Shown here: piece by piece, positions 25,751 through 39,553 of the stretch
Layout of the letters: every line of letters begins with the position of its first letter
Position numbering within the stretch: the first letter of the stretch is position 1
Assembly: GCF_006345805.1 (NCBI RefSeq)
Contig: NW_021831846.1
Location: forward strand, 1-64,000
DNA: 64,000 nucleotides
Source: Octopus sinensis
Taxonomy: Eukaryota
Reading direction: 5' to 3'
Notes under the pieces: generated by a model
The model's database searches: none
What the model was told of the DNA's origin: nothing
What the model saw: only the letters and a program-made list of their open reading frames with translations
Translations under genes and position numbers: made by a program

Positions 25751-26233
25751 TACACCTGAGTGGGTGTCAGCATAACTGGATCATGAATTACCTATGACTA
25801 ACACTTTGAAATTTTTTTTTTTTTTGTCTTTGGTCAGTGTTATGTCCTATTTGCTTCTATTTAGAAATCAAAGGAAATGACTACTATTCCCTTCAAACTT
25901 TGCTTTCCTGACCTGGACACCTATGTTTTGAAACTGACCTATTTCCCATTACATTTCAGACAGATTCAGCATCTCAGTTGCTGAAGCAGAAATATCATTA
26001 TAGGAAATATTCTGCTCACTGCCATAGATTTGCTTGTCAGTTACTGACAATGTGTGCATCTCTGATCATGAGCAGGAGTAGTGTAGGAGCATCGTAGCCA
26101 TGAGTTGAGAGGGATTCTTTAGGGTTTGAATAAATGGAAGAAGAGCAAAGTTTGAAGGAAATATTAGCCATTTTTCATGCTCTCTCGGGGTAAGCAAATA
26201 GGAAAGAACAGATGCTACCCAAGGACAAAGATC

Positions 26234-26647
26234 GGATCCTTTCGGTTTGAACGGCAGTTTTTTCTAGCGGTGTCACATGAAATTGTCACCCATAATTATT
26301 ACCCTAGTATCAATCTATTGCATTTCAATCTGTTTTAGGGTTAGGGGTGGGGGAAGGGTATCTTTCTTTCTTCACAAATGTAAATAAACCCAATCTGTTT
26401 CTTAAATGAGGGACATATTCATACGGCATAGAATGTTTTTTTTACCTCAATAGACGGTCATTGATTGGTTGAAATTGCAGAAATTGAAGAAAAAAAACAG
26501 CAAATATCTTACAAACTATAGAATTTTCTCAATAAAGCCAAGAGAAAAAGATGTTTTATAAACACATTCTACCAGTATACGAAGTTTAAAATTTTTTAGT
26601 TACCTAGAAATTATTTTTAAAAACTGCCGTTCAGACAGAAAAGATCC
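26234..26647. mobile_element. Same MITE family, 8-bp TSD CAAAGATC
   Basis: TIRs and TSD read directly. Confidence 0.9.
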
Positions 26648-26859
26648 CAAAGATCTTGTTACACCGTAATAAACAACTAACTGTCCAAGAGTAAGCTTCC
26701 AGAACAACAGAGTGCAACCGTTTAATGTCATCGTTTCAAGCAAAGTTAATTAGTTTTAATTTTTACTGAACCAGCCTGATCTGACCTCTCACACCTACCC
26801 TACAAGCTGATTCTAAAAAGAAACAGTTGCATCATCGAAATCTTGAAGCTACAAGATAA

Positions 26860-27258
26860 TCTTTATATATAAAAGTGAGGTTGTGTGCTGTCTGTCTCCT
26901 ACGGTTTAGATTCCTAACTACTCCCACATTTTGCGGTGCAGTTTAACCAAAACCGGTATCTTATAGTCGTGATTCATATCGAGCCCTTCTGGGTATTAAC
27001 GCACGTCTACGATGAGTCTACAATTTTAAAAAAAATTTACCATAATTTTTTTCCCATTTTTAATGCATTTTTGGCATATATAAGGGAAGTAACTCTCTAA
27101 AAGTTTATTAAATCTCAGAACGTAAAAAGCTACAGTAACCCCACCCCCGCCCCTTTGTGGTTAGCCATATTGAGATGGCTATTATACTTTACATCTCTAA
27201 AAATGCTTATATAGTTATTTCCCTTACAAACCCGAGCAACGCCGGGCGATACTGCTAG
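26860..27258 (+). mobile_element. Non-autonomous Helitron
   Basis: A|TC start; CCCGAGCAACGCCGGG hairpin then CTAG|T end. Confidence 0.75.
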
Positions 27259-27441
27259 TACCTGATTAATTCAAAACAATGTGAATAAATAAGAATTACA
27301 TTTGACAGGTGGAAGCACATGGCCTAGTGGTTAGAGCAATGGACTCGCGGCCGAGGGATCGTTGCTTCGAACCTCAGACCGGGCGATGCGTGTGTTTATG
27401 AGCAAAACACCTAAGCTCCAAGCAGCTCCGGCAGAAGGTAA

Positions 27442-27645
27442 TACTCTTTTACTTGTTTCAGTCATTTGACTGCGGCCATGCTGGAGCACCGCCTTTAATC
27501 GATCAAATCGAGCCTGGGACTTATTCTTTTGTAAGCCCAGTACTTATTCTATCGGTCTCTTTTGCCGAACCGTTAAGTTACGGGGACATAAACACACCAG
27601 CATCAGTTGTCAAGCAATGCTAGGGGACACACACAAACACACACA

Positions 27646-27691
<46 letters not shown>

Positions 27692-27853
27692 ACGGGCTTC
27701 TTTCAGTTTCCGTCTACCAAATCCACTCACAAGGCTTTGGTCGGCCCGAGGCTATAGTAGAAGACACTTGCCCAAGGTGCCACGCAGTGGGACTGAACCC
27801 AGAACCATGTGATTGGTAGACAAGCTACTTACCACACAGTCACTCCTGCGCCT
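27442..27853 (-). mobile_element. SINE family A
   Basis: Full length. Confidence 0.8.
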
Positions 27854-28432
27854 ATAATGGTGAACTTCTGCTGACTCTTTCACCACAACTTTCTCTTACT
27901 CTTTCCTCCTGCATCTTGCAACTCACCTCCGGCGTTCCATCCAGGTGGGGAACCTATACGCCAAGGAAACCGGGAAACCGGCCCTTATGAGCCAGGGATG
28001 GCTCGAGAAGGAACAAACAAACATTTGACAGAGTAATTCATCTGAATGCTGAAAGGTTCAAGAAGTGTTGTATGCTCCAAGTAAATGGAACTTGTGGAAG
28101 AGAGAAGCAGCGAAAACAGATCTGAAGCAGATGACATTGACTTGACTACAGAGAAGAAGACCCATTTCAGGTTTAGCCAAACAGACATAGCCCCAGGTCA
28201 AGCAATGCAATGGTATATGAATGAATTTTGTAAAGAGAAATGTGCAAAAATGTGCCGCATGTCTGTGTGTGTGTTTCTCCCCACCACAGCTTGATAACCA
28301 CTGTTGGTTTGTTTACATTCCTGTAACTTAGCTGTTCAGTAAAAGGGGACAACAGAATAAATATCAACCTTTAAGAAAAATTTTTTTATAAAAAGGGGTC
28401 AAATTGTTCAACTAAACCTTCCAAAGAGACTG

Positions 28433-28463
<31 letters not shown>

Positions 28464-29513
28464 TATTATTTTATACTATTTATTCTTTTGAATAATATCA
28501 GTGAAATCTTCGAAACATGTGTCGGAAGTATTTGATTAGGCCCGCATTAAACTCCATTTATATATATATATATATAAATATATAAACACACACCTGACAA
28601 ACTTCTTCAGTTTCTGTCATTCAAATCAACTCATAAGGCTTTGTTTGGCCTGAGGCTACAGTAGAAGAGACTTACCCAAAGTACCATGCTGTGGGACTGA
28701 ACCTAGAACCATGTTGTAGGGAAGCAAGCTTCTTACCACACAGCCGCAAATAAAAAAAACCTTCAACAGAAGTTACAGCCATTATCTTATGGTCCTGATG
28801 ATATCAAGGATATTCTTTTATTCTGATATTCTTCTCAGTTACCATTCAGGGGCATTACCTTCAAAGGTTTCACGAAACAATACTAATCCACAGTAGCTTC
28901 TCTGATGCCATTTATCCACCCCCTACTCTTTGTAAGGTTGAGGGGCTAGAATCTTCAAGCACCTCCTATCAGAAACAAGTGCCATTACACATTATATGTT
29001 TTTCTATTACCCACAAGGGGCTAAACATAGAGGAGACAAACAAGGACAGACAAATGGATTAAGTCAATTACATCGACCCTAGTGCGTAACTGGTACTTAA
29101 TTTATCGACCCCTAAAGGATGAAAGGCAAAGTCGACCTCGGCGGAATTTGAACCCAGAACGTAACGGCAGACGAAATACGGCAACGCATTTCGCCCGGCG
29201 TGCTAACATTTCTGCCAGCTCGCCGCCATTACACATTATAGCCAGATTCCCAAGCATGACCAACCATGCAGATATTATCCAACCATCTTGCTCTTGGTTT
29301 AACCATAGGTCTGCCACTTCATTACAACAAAAGAAATAGCTGTCGGGTTTAAATACCAGATTACTGACCGTATGGTTCTGAGTTCTAACCTTACAAGTTA
29401 TTATCATTGCTAACTGGAGCAAGGGCTAATCAATAAAATCATCATTCCTACAAGCCAACGAAATTACACAGACCTTCAACCAGCTAGAAATAGCAGTCAA
29501 AATTCTTCCTTAA

Positions 29514-29733
29514 CCTTTTCGTTATCAACCCGGCTGAAACCGGCTCTGGTTCTGGGTACAAATGTCTTATTTGCAGAAGATTTGAATAAAAATCTTCCAC
29601 CAAACCTTAGTCACAATTTATGTTCCTAACACTAGCTTAATGATAACCAAATTATTTTACTAAATTCTTTGTTATATTTAAAGTAATTGAAAGAAACACA
29701 GAACGTCTCAAAATAAATACAGTAATTAAAGGG
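29514..29733. mobile_element. TTAA-flanked piggyBac-like MITE
   Basis: Same family, opposite orientation. Confidence 0.75.
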
Positions 29734-30487
29734 TTAAATTCCATCCATTTTCTCTGTCCACTAGTCTTAGAATGGCCATGAATCCTCTGACACCTCTTCC
29801 TGCTTGAGGTCCCTATCCACTAGTCCTAGAATGGTCATGAATCCTCTGACAACTACCCCTGCATGAGGTCCCTATCAGAAGCAACTTCCACTACACTTTA
29901 CACTTTCTGGCTGGATTGCCAAACATGACCATCCAAGACTATGGATATTATCTAACCATCTCATTCTAGGTCTCCTATTGATTGACTCAGCTTCAATAAT
30001 CCATCTTGCAATTCTTCCCCTGCAGCATTCTAACCATCAAATGTCTGTAAGTAAAGGTGGTAAAGTTACCATTTTGAGTCATGCTGACTCATAAGGGCTA
30101 TTCTTTCGGTTTCATGGCATGTAAATTCCCCAAAAGAGGTTAGTCCATCGCAGGATTACTCATTTCTGGAGCAATGGGAAATTAAGTGTCTTGCTCAAGG
30201 ACACAACACGTCGCCCAGTCAAGGAATCGAAACCACAATCTCACAATCATTGAGTCCAACACCCTAACCACTAAGCCATGCGCCTCCACACATGTCCGTG
30301 GTATCAGAACTATGACTTCACAATGTGGAGGGGTGGTGGCTCAACCTGGAGAGGCTCTCTGATCTCCGAGCTACACACCTTGATACATATTTTGTAATTC
30401 TTCCAAGATACTGCAACAAAGTTACAGCTAGGTGTTAGGGGAGATAACTAGTTCAGAACTAAGTATGGTACGTTATTTTTGTTTGAT

Positions 30488-30521
<34 letters not shown>

Positions 30522-31011
30522 ATCATCATCATCACTGCTGCTGCTGACACTACAATTATTGCTGTATCTCTAACTCTCGACTGGCAGACTGCAACTTCTA
30601 CATCAGTGGTTTTCAACCAGGGTTCCACCAGCACAGTCCAGGGGTTCCGCAAGAAGTTACATAAATGCTAAAATCGACAGTAATTTCTAATTCTCCTCTG
30701 CAGATATTTGTGTACATGTTAGGCCTACGTGTACATCTACGAGTTGCACACCAGCGTAGATGACCTTGATCCTTGGTGTGTATATGTAGGCCTCCGACGT
30801 GTACAACTACGAGTTACACGCCAGCGTAGATGACCCTGATCCTTGGTGTGTACATGTACGTGCACATCTACGAGTTGCATGTCAGCTTAGATGATGGTTT
30901 AGTTCTCTTTTGTAAAATACAAGTGACTATATTTGGAAGAAACGTTTTAACAGCGTAAGCCATTTAGGTGTTGTTGTTAATACGCCTTTTAAGAGATCTT
31001 TAGAAGAGTTA

Positions 31012-31729
31012 TTGACCTTTTGTTTGCAAGAAAACCCGAAAGACTTTGTAGAATGTTTGAGTGATGACCATTGGTGTTCCAAGTTAGCATATCTTGCCGA
31101 TATATTTCATGAGTCAAACCTCTTGAACAATGGCATGCAGAGCAGGAACGAAAATATCTTGTCTTCTACTGACAAAATAAATGCTTTTCAGAAGAAATTG
31201 GCAACATGGAAGAAACGCATAGCTGCAGGAAATTTGGAAATGTTTCCAAGTGTTTTTAATAGGAATTGTCAAGAAATTGCGCTACTGATTTTGAACCATT
31301 TGCACACTGTTAACAAATCTTGACAAATATTTTCCACCGATATCTGTTGACCAGTATGACTGGATTAGAAACCCATTTGTGGAATTTGAGCCATTTGAAG
31401 AACAGTTCCCATTAACAGAAGAAGAACTTGCCAGTGCTTTAAATGACAGAACATTAAAGTTGAAGCATTCTGAGCTTCACCTGAATGCATTTTGGTTGCT
31501 GGTTGAAAAGGAATATCCTGCAATCGCACAGAAAGCGCTGCGACTTCTTGTGCAGTTTTCAACCTCCTACTTGTGTGAATTTGGATTTTCAGCCCTGACA
31601 ACCATCAAGCACAAGAAGCGAGCACTATTGCTGTCTGTGGAAGATGAACTTCGTGTGTGTCTATCAAAAACACGACCCAATCTTAAAGAATTGTGCAAGA
31701 AACACCAGGCTCAAGTTTTGGTTCAATGA
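31012..31729 (+). pseudogene. Frameshifted C-terminal hAT transposase including the dimerisation domain
   Basis: ORFs 31012..31323 (WCSKLAYLADIF...KINAFQKKLATW) and 31379..31729 (FSTSYLCEFGFSAL...ELRVCLS...KHQAQV). Confidence 0.88.
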
Positions 31730-31860
31730 GCTCCCATCTCAGTTTAGCCAGACAGGCTTTTAGTAGCCCTAAGTGACCCATGGTCGCTTTGTTCCTCTGA
31801 GTCCTGGCCATCTAAATAACAAACGAGCATAATATTAATGTTATCATTAGTGCAGTCAAT
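31716..31860 (-). pseudogene. DRG1: Duplicated fragment of DRG1 exon 2 plus intron 1 acceptor, inside the hAT element
   Basis: Matches 37468-37612 (offset 5752) with 4 substitutions in 145 bp; AG|ATGGCC acceptor at 31813-31811 intact. Confidence 0.95.
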
Positions 31861-33039
31861 TTTTGATGAGAATAAATGTAATCTATTCAAACTAAAGCTT
31901 TTTTAAATACATGTTTTAATAATAACTGTAGATGCTTATGTACGTGACAATTTTTTTACAGTTTGTGTTTTTATTGTAAATAAATATGAACAGGAGTATT
32001 TTCGTTTCATTAATTAAATGCTGTTTTTTGCATAAGACAAATTATTGCACAGGGGTTCCTCGAGCCAATGGAATGTTTCCTTGGGGTTCCGCTCCAGCAA
32101 AAAGGTTGAAAAGCACTGTTCTACACTATCAACTACCATCATCATCATCGTTTAATGTCCGCTTTCCATGCTAGCATGGTTTGGACGATTTTGACGGAGG
32201 GCTGGCGAACCAGATGGTTGCACCAGGCTCCAATCTTGATCTGGCAGAGTTTCTACAGCTGGATGCCCTTCCTAACGCCAACCACTCCAAGAGTGTAGTG
32301 GGTGCTTATTACGTGCCACCAGCACGGGGGCCAGTCAGGCAGTACTGGCATTGACCTCGCTCGAATCCTTTTACACATGCCACCAGCACAGGTACCAGTA
32401 AGGCGACTTTGGTAACGATCACGCTCAAATGGTGCCCTTTTTACATGCCCACTGGCACGGAAGCCAGTTGGCTGCTCTGGCAACGATCACGCTCGGATGG
32501 TGCTCTTGGCACCCTACTAGCACGGGCACCAGCGAGCAAACTTGTTACTGCCACTACAATTATTGCTGTATCTCTAACTATATGTCGGACAAACGAATAA
32601 ATATATGTAAGTAATATTTCTTCCTTTTTGGTGTTGATTCTTCAATGCTTACTGGTTACACCAACACAAGACCCCCGCCCAAAAAAACAAAGCGTGTAAT
32701 ATGCAGCACAGGCAGTAAACAAAAATAAAATAGAACAGATTGCTGACATTTAGTAGAGATGACCCGGAAGTTGTTGCTCTTCAATTACTATCACAAACAG
32801 CAGAAGCTTTCTTCAGCTGAATACACATTGCTGATTGGTTGAAATTACCCAAATACGACAACTTTAACACAAAATAATTTCTAAAATATGAAATTTTGTC
32901 AAAAATGTTGAAAGTAAACTGTGTTCAGCGTGAGAATTTACACCAGTATACGAAGTTTCAAACTGTTTAGTTAAAAAAATGATCTAAAGATCTGTGAGTG
33001 AAACTGAAGAGATTCTCAAAAAGTGTGGCCGTTAAATCA

Positions 33040-33592
33040 TGATGATGATTGTCATCATCATCATCATCGTTTAACGTCTGCTTTCCATGCTAGCATGGGT
33101 TGGACGGTTCAACTGGGGTCTGGGAAGCCAGAAGGCTGCACCAGGCCCAGTCTGATCTGGCAGTGTTTCTATGGCTGGATGCCCTTCCTAACGCCAACCA
33201 CTCTGTGAGTGTAGTGGGTGCTTTTTACGTGCCACCGGCACAGGTGCTAGATAAAGCTGGCAAACAGCCACGATCGGATGGTGCTTTTTATGTGCCACCG
33301 GCACGGGTGCCAGACGAGGCTGGCAAACGGCCATGATCGGATGGTGCTTTTTACGTGCCACCAGCACGGAGGCCAGTCGGGTCGGCGCTGGCAACGGCCA
33401 CGATCGGATGATGCTTTTTACGTGCCACCAGCACGGAGGCCAGGCGAGGCTGGCAAACGGCCACGATCGGATGGTGTTTGTTACGTGCCAACAGCACAGA
33501 GGACAGTCGGGGCGGCGCTGGCAACAGCCACGTTCGGATGGTATCACAGCTACAATTTCCATTGATGTTGGTCGATTTCGACTTTGATTGTC
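33040..33592 (-). mobile_element. SINE-like family C with 5 internal approximately 63-bp repeats
   Basis: Units start near 33218, 33280, 33343, 33410, 33473. Confidence 0.7.
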
Positions 33593-33866
33593 TTTATACA
33601 AATGTTTTTCTATTGGTTATTTAAAGAGACATGTCCGTAGACAATGGTAATTACCATGATTTTGTATTGCAATTAACTGAAAAAAGACATATATGTAACA
33701 CCTGTAGTAAAAGCTACAAAACCACCCTCAAGACAGTGGTCAGTTTGAGGCAATAGTTAGACACATAGCAGAAGGCTTCATGATCATAAACCCATGGCAA
33801 CACCAACGGTATGGTTAAAAATAAAACAACTAAGAGAGAGAAAAGTAAAATAAAAGCAAATGCTAA

Positions 33867-34261
33867 TCTTTATATATAAAAGTGAGGTTGTGTGCTGTCT
33901 GTCTCCTACGATTTAGATTCCTAACTAGTCCCACATTTTGCGGTGCAGTTTAACCAAAACCGGGTATCTTATAGTCGTGATTCATATCGAGCCCTTCTGG
34001 GTATTAGCGCGCGTCTACGATGAGTCTACGATTTTAAAAAAAATTTACCATCAATTTTTCTCATTTTTAATGCATTTTTGGCATATATAAGGGAAGTAAC
34101 TCTCTTAAAATTTATTAAATCTCAGAACGTAAAAAGCTACAGTAACACCCTCCCCCTTTGTGGTTAGCCATATTGAGATGGCTATTATACTTTACATCTC
34201 TAAAAATGCTTATATAGTTATTTCCCTTACAAACCCGAGCAACGCCGGGCGATGCTGCTAG
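33867..34261 (+). mobile_element. Non-autonomous Helitron (same family), about 50 bp from DRG1 exon 4
   Basis: A|TC...hairpin CTAG|T; near-identical to 26860-27258. Confidence 0.75.
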
Positions 34262-34310
34262 TAAATAAATAAATCAAAATTAACATAAAAAAGTATAGCA
34301 CTGGTGTTAC

Positions 34311-34380
34311 CTGCAATAACTTGTTTTCCTCTTCCTTTTCCATCCTTAGCACCCTCAATAATACCTGGTAAATCTAATAA
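34311..34380 (-). CDS. DRG1: DRG1 coding exon 4 ([24 protein letters not shown])
   Basis: Manual translation of reverse strand; acceptor CAG, donor GTAACA; G3 DLPG. Confidence 0.96.
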
Positions 34381-35461
34381 CTGAAATAAAAATAATAATA
34401 ATAATAACAACAACAATGATGGTGATGATGATTTCAAATTTATGGCACAAGGCCAGCAATTTCGGTAAGGGGAGGGGCTAAGTCAGTTACTTCGACCCCA
34501 GTGTTCAACTGGTACTTATTGACCTCAAAAGGATGAAAGGCAAAGTTGACCTTGGTGGTGACTTGAACTCTGACCATTAAGTCAGAACCATTTTTCTCAA
34601 CACATTAATAACAATGCTGTCAATAATAATAATTTTTTCCTATTACAGACACAAGGCCTGAAATTTTGCAGGGGGGGGGGTTCAGTCAATTACATCAACC
34701 CCAGTATTTGAGTGGTACTTAATTTATCAACCCCCAAGAGGATGAAAGGGAAAGTCAACCGCAGAATGTAAAATTAGAAGAAATGTCACTATGCATTTTT
34801 TCTAGCACAGGTAATAATTTCTTTTATTAATAACAAAGGACCAATTTACTTGACACACCTATGAATCTTTCCCATTTTCTTCTTTAAACAGTGTTACAAT
34901 ACAAAGGAGACTTAGCTGCTGTTTCTTGCAAATTGGATGACAAGCATCCATGCTAGTGGAGCGCTGAGAGCACCATCCGAGCATGATCATTACCAGAGCA
35001 GCTAACTGACTTCCGTACCAGTGGCACGTAAAAAGCACCATTTGAGCGTGATTGTTACCAGGGTCGCCTTACCGGCATGAGAAGAAACATTGAAGCTAGG
35101 TCGTTGCCAGTGCCACTGGACTGGCTCCTGTGCAGGTGGCACGTAAAAAAACACCATTTGAGCATGGCCATTGCCAGTACCACCTGACTGGCTCTCGTGC
35201 CGCTGGCAAGTAAAAGCACCCACTACACTCTCAGAGTGGTTGGCGTTAGGAAGGGCATCCAGCTGTAGAAACTCTGCCAGATCAAGATTGGAGCCTGGTG
35301 CAGCCATCTGGTTCGCCAGACCTCAGTCGAATCGTCCAACCCATGCTAGCATGGAAAGCGGATATTAAATGATGATGATGATGATAATGTAAAGGCTCCC
35401 TTGTTGAATAAAAGAGAAAAGAGTGATAGAGTGAGAGAGAGATGTGTTTAATAAAACCCAC

Positions 35462-35592
35462 CTGAATTTTGGCACCTTTGTAGCGGATGACACCTGGTAC
35501 CGTTGTTAGGGTGGTGAACTCATAGGCTGCTACCTCTGAATACACACCAGCTAAGTTACTCAATAATGTTGACTTCCCGACAGATGGAAAAC
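35462..35592 (-). CDS. DRG1: DRG1 coding exon 3 (G-FPSVGKS...KGAKIQ)
   Basis: G1/G2 motifs; acceptor CTAG, donor GTGGGT. Confidence 0.97.
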
Positions 35593-35742
35593 CTAGAAGG
35601 CAAAGAAAAGAGAGAGAGAAAAAAAAAAGGGAGACAATAAGAAAGCAAGAGAGAGAAATATAAGAAAGAAAAAAGGAAAGTTGCCATCATTATTATCATC
35701 ATTGTTGTGTCTAGGTTTTTTATTTTTTTGCTTTTTCCCCAT

Positions 35743-36295
35743 GTTAGTTAGTTAATTTTTGGCTCAAAAAGCAAGGCCATGTAGGGGGACATGGAGTTAT
35801 GTACAGGGTGGTGTTCATGTAAAGAGTTCAGGCCACTTGTGGTCAAGGGAGACTTTGAACCGAGCGGTCGTCGGCATCTTCACCATCTCGTCCGGCAGCT
35901 TATCCCACGGATCCGCAACCCAGACGGAGAAAGCCCCTCTCCTTCGATTGAGATGAAATCGTCGCAGATAGAGCTTTTCGGAGTGACCCCACAGCCGACG
36001 CTCTGGAGCAGGATTGAAGAACAGCTCTTTCGAGAGGTTACACTTTCCGCTTATGATGTTGTGAGCGAGAATGAGATCACCACGGCGTCGTCGTTTTTCT
36101 AGAGAATAAAGGTCAAGCGTCTTCAGCCTTTCTCCATAAGACAAAGTCTTGAGACCAAGAACCATGCGGGTAGCCAGCTCCTGGACTCTTTCGAGATGCT
36201 GTATGTCTTTGAGGAGATAAGGAGAAGAGGCTTGAATCCCGTACTCCAATATGGGTCTCACCAGCGTGACATAGAACGTGCTGAATAAGATTTAA
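35743..36295 (-). mobile_element. CR1-clade LINE 3' fragment
   Basis: ORF 35815..36261 (RPILEYGIQASSPYL...LERVQ...RRGDLI); (TAAC)n tail. Confidence 0.9.
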
Positions 36296-36863
36296 CTTGG
36301 GAAGTCTGCTACAGACATTGATCATGCTTTGGCAAGCTTATGACAAAGCAACGAGTCATATGCATTGTTTCGAGTGACACGGGTGCTTCAAAACGAAAGA
36401 GACATCTGGAAGACCTGCCACAAGCATCACCCCCAGAAATGTGGTATGGTGGATTAAGAATTTGTCCTCCTAGGGCCAGACTGTCAATCGAGAATTGTAC
36501 TGCAATGTTTTAAAGCATTTCAAGGAGGTGATTCGGCAAAAGCAGCCCCAGCTCAGAAATTCTACCTGTTATATGTTCAAACCAGCTAGATCTAGCCTCT
36601 CACACCTACCCTACAATATCATTCTAAAAATAAGCAATCACACCATTGAAATCTCAAAGCTACAGGACAATGTGAGATAAAGCAATTCCTGCCCAAATAC
36701 AAGTGTAAATACAGTGAAATTTTCAACAGAACATGGGTTTTTTTCTTTTTCAATGTTTAAAGTGAAGATTACCATTTTTGTAATTACCAATATGGTTCCA
36801 GCAAGATGTGATTCCAGCTTGGAAGACTTACAAAATGAAGAGAAAATAAAATCAATAAATAAT

Positions 36864-37277
36864 AGGCGCAGGAGTGGCTGTGTGCTAAGTAGCTTGCTAA
36901 CCAGCCACATGATTCCGGGTTCAGTCCCACTGCGTGGCATCTTGGACAAGTGTCTTCTGCTATAGCCCCGGGCCGACCAATGCCTTGTGAGTGGATTTGG
37001 TAGACGGAAACTGAAAGAAGCCTGTTGTATATATGTATATATATATGTGTGTGCGTGTATGTTTGTGTGTCTGTGTTTGTCCCCCTAGCATTGCTTGACA
37101 ACCGATGCTGGTGTGTTTACGTCCCCGTCACTTAGCGGTTCGGCAAAAGAGACCGATAGAATAAGTACTGGGCTTACAAAGAATAAGTCCCGGGGTCGAT
37201 TTGCTCGACTAAAGGTGGTGCTCCAGCATGGCCGCAGTCAAATGACTGAAACAAGTAAAAGAGTAAAGAGTAAGAGT
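36864..37277 (+). mobile_element. SINE family A
   Basis: Full length. Confidence 0.8.
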
Positions 37278-37397
37278 ATGGCTGATCGGACAGACCTCAG
37301 ATTCCCGCTGGGTACTATTTGCAATAACTAATAATTCTGCCCTTTATCAGACACATTTAAAAACTACAAAATAGAAAAAAAAAAGAGAGATACCAAC

Positions 37398-37563
37398 CTA
37401 CAAAACCAATTCGTGCATCTCCAGTCTTGGCGACGTCAAAGCCCTCACCACCACCTCCACCGCCGCCTTTTGGTTCAATGAGCTCCCGTCTCAGTTTAGC
37501 CAGACGGGCTTTTAATAGCCCTAAGTGACCCATGGTCGCTTTGTTCCTCTGAGTCCTGGCCAT
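37398..37563 (-). CDS. DRG1: DRG1 coding exon 2 (MARTQRNK...RIGFV-G)
   Basis: ORF 37357..37563; acceptor TAG before ATG, donor GTTGGT, phase 1. Confidence 0.97.
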
Positions 37564-38280
37564 CTAAATAACAAACAAGCATAATATTAATGTTATCATT
37601 AGTGCAGTCAATCAAGTGCTTAGCTGTATTTCATCTGGGGTTTTGTGTTAGGAGTTCAAATCTTGCTGAGGTCAACTTTACCTTTCGGCCTTTCAGAGGT
37701 CGATAAAATAAAGTACCAATGAAGTACTAAGATTGATATAATCAACTAACTATGAATCCCTAAAATTGTTAGCCTTGTGCCAAAATTTGCAATTTATCAT
37801 TATTATCAATAAAAAATAAGGCAGTGATCTGGCAGAATCATTAGCACTTCAGACAAAATATTTAGCATCATTTCCGCTGGCTTTGCATTCTGAGTTCAAA
37901 TTCCGTTAAGATCAATCTTGGTTCTCATCCTTTTGGGGTTCATCATGGTTTTTTTCTATGCTTGGTATGGGCTGGACAGTTTGACCAGAGCTGGGAAGCT
38001 GCACCAGGTTCCGGTCTGATTTGGCTTGGCTTCTATGGCTGGATGCCAACCACTTTACAAGGGTGTGCTGGATGCTTGTAACATGCCACTGGCACAAGCG
38101 GTTTTAAGTGGCACCAGCATGAATGCTTTTTATGTGGCACTGGCATAGGACCCTTACAGGCCAATGCTCTTCACCAGGGGACGCGGCCTTAACACTTCTG
38201 CTATGGAGGACTGGCCTTCTTGAGTACAGCAAGGCGCTAGGCATCTTGGTCCTAAGCACTGAGATCAATGTAATTGACCA

Positions 38281-38712
38281 TCATCATCATTGTTCGACCG
38301 TGGTCGAGACAATGGAATTTACCATGTTACGCCAGACTTCACGGTCCATCATAGCATTACAGAAGTCCTGTTGCTGGATGCCTGTATCCCTGGAGATTAC
38401 ATCAGGGTAGGAGAGTGTACGCACTCTGGTATCGCAAGTAGATGACTTCCAGAGGAGAAGAGTAGAAATTACCTCTTTTTCAGCTCTACAACAATGTCCA
38501 GCAAACTGGACTCTCCTACCTTTCACAAGAGATGACACAGATGGTAGTTTCCCATATATTTGCATTTTGGTTCGATGACGCTTCCACGAGAGATTTTGAG
38601 CTCTCATAAGGAGGCGAGTGTAGGTTCCATCCAACCGCCTATCAAGCCTCTTTGATAACGTCCAGGTTTCTGAGCCATATAGTAGAATTGGTTTGACTGT
38701 GGCTTTGAAGAT
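38281..38712 (-). mobile_element. RTE-type LINE 3' fragment (same family)
   Basis: ORF 38287..38838 from ILLYGSETWTL onward. Confidence 0.8.
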
Positions 38713-38747
38713 TAGTATCTTGTAATTGACTAATTCTCTCCCCTTAA

Positions 38748-38969
38748 CTCTTTTGATACCAACCCGGCTGAAACCTCCTCTAGCTCTGCAGTACAAATGC
38801 CTTGTTTTCATAAGTTTTGAATTAAAATCTTCCACCAAACCTTAGTCACAATTTATGTTTCTAACACTAGCTTAATGATAACTAAGTTATTTTACTAAAT
38901 TCTTTATTATATTTAAAATCAATTGAAAGAAACACAGAGCATCTCAAAATAAATATGGTAATGAAAGGG
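38748..38969. mobile_element. TTAA-flanked piggyBac-like MITE
   Basis: Same family. Confidence 0.72.
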
Positions 38970-39159
38970 TTAAATGTGCTGGCCTTGTGTCAGAATTAGA
39001 AACAATTATTTATATCAGTGCGTCTTAAACTTATTTCATTCATGACCCCATTTTTAATCATGAGAATTTTCGTGACCCCAGGTATTAAATATGAAATAAA
39101 ACCTACAAATAAATACATAAATCATTTATTTTTTTTTATGAACAATATACACATAATAT

Positions 39160-39553
39160 AGGTGCAGGGCTGGCTGTGTGGTAAGTAGCTTGCTTCCCAA
39201 CAACGTGGTTCTGGGCTCAGTACCACTGTGTGACACCTTGGGCAAATGTCTACTACTACAGCCTGGAGCCAATCAAAGCCTTGTAAGTGGATTTGGTTGA
39301 CAGAAAATGAAAGAAGCCTGTCCAACATATATATATATATGTGTGTGTGTGTGTCTGTTTGTCACCTCACCATCACTTGACAACTAATGTTAGTGTGTTT
39401 ACGTCCCCATAACTTAGCGGTTCGGCAGGAGACTGATAGAATAAGTACTAGTCTTACAAAGAATAAGTCTTGGGGTCAATTTGTTCAACTAAAGGCGGTG
39501 CTCCAGCATGGCTGCAGTCAAATTACTAAAACAAGTAAAAGAAATAAAAGAAT
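39160..39553 (+). mobile_element. SINE family A (diverged)
   Basis: Full length. Confidence 0.78.

Larger units (their letters stand above)
30604..32118 (+). mobile_element. Internally deleted hAT DNA transposon (Buster/Charlie-like)
   Basis: TIRs CAGTGGTTTTCAACC/GGTTGAAAAGCACTG; 8-bp TSD TTCTACAT/TTCTACAC (NNNTANNN); about 68-bp subterminal repeats at 30712-30890. Confidence 0.88.

Noticed and set aside
31716-31860. A second DRG1 paralogue
   Set aside because: Only 96 coding nt are duplicated, with two missense changes and no other exons; reported as a captured fragment instead.
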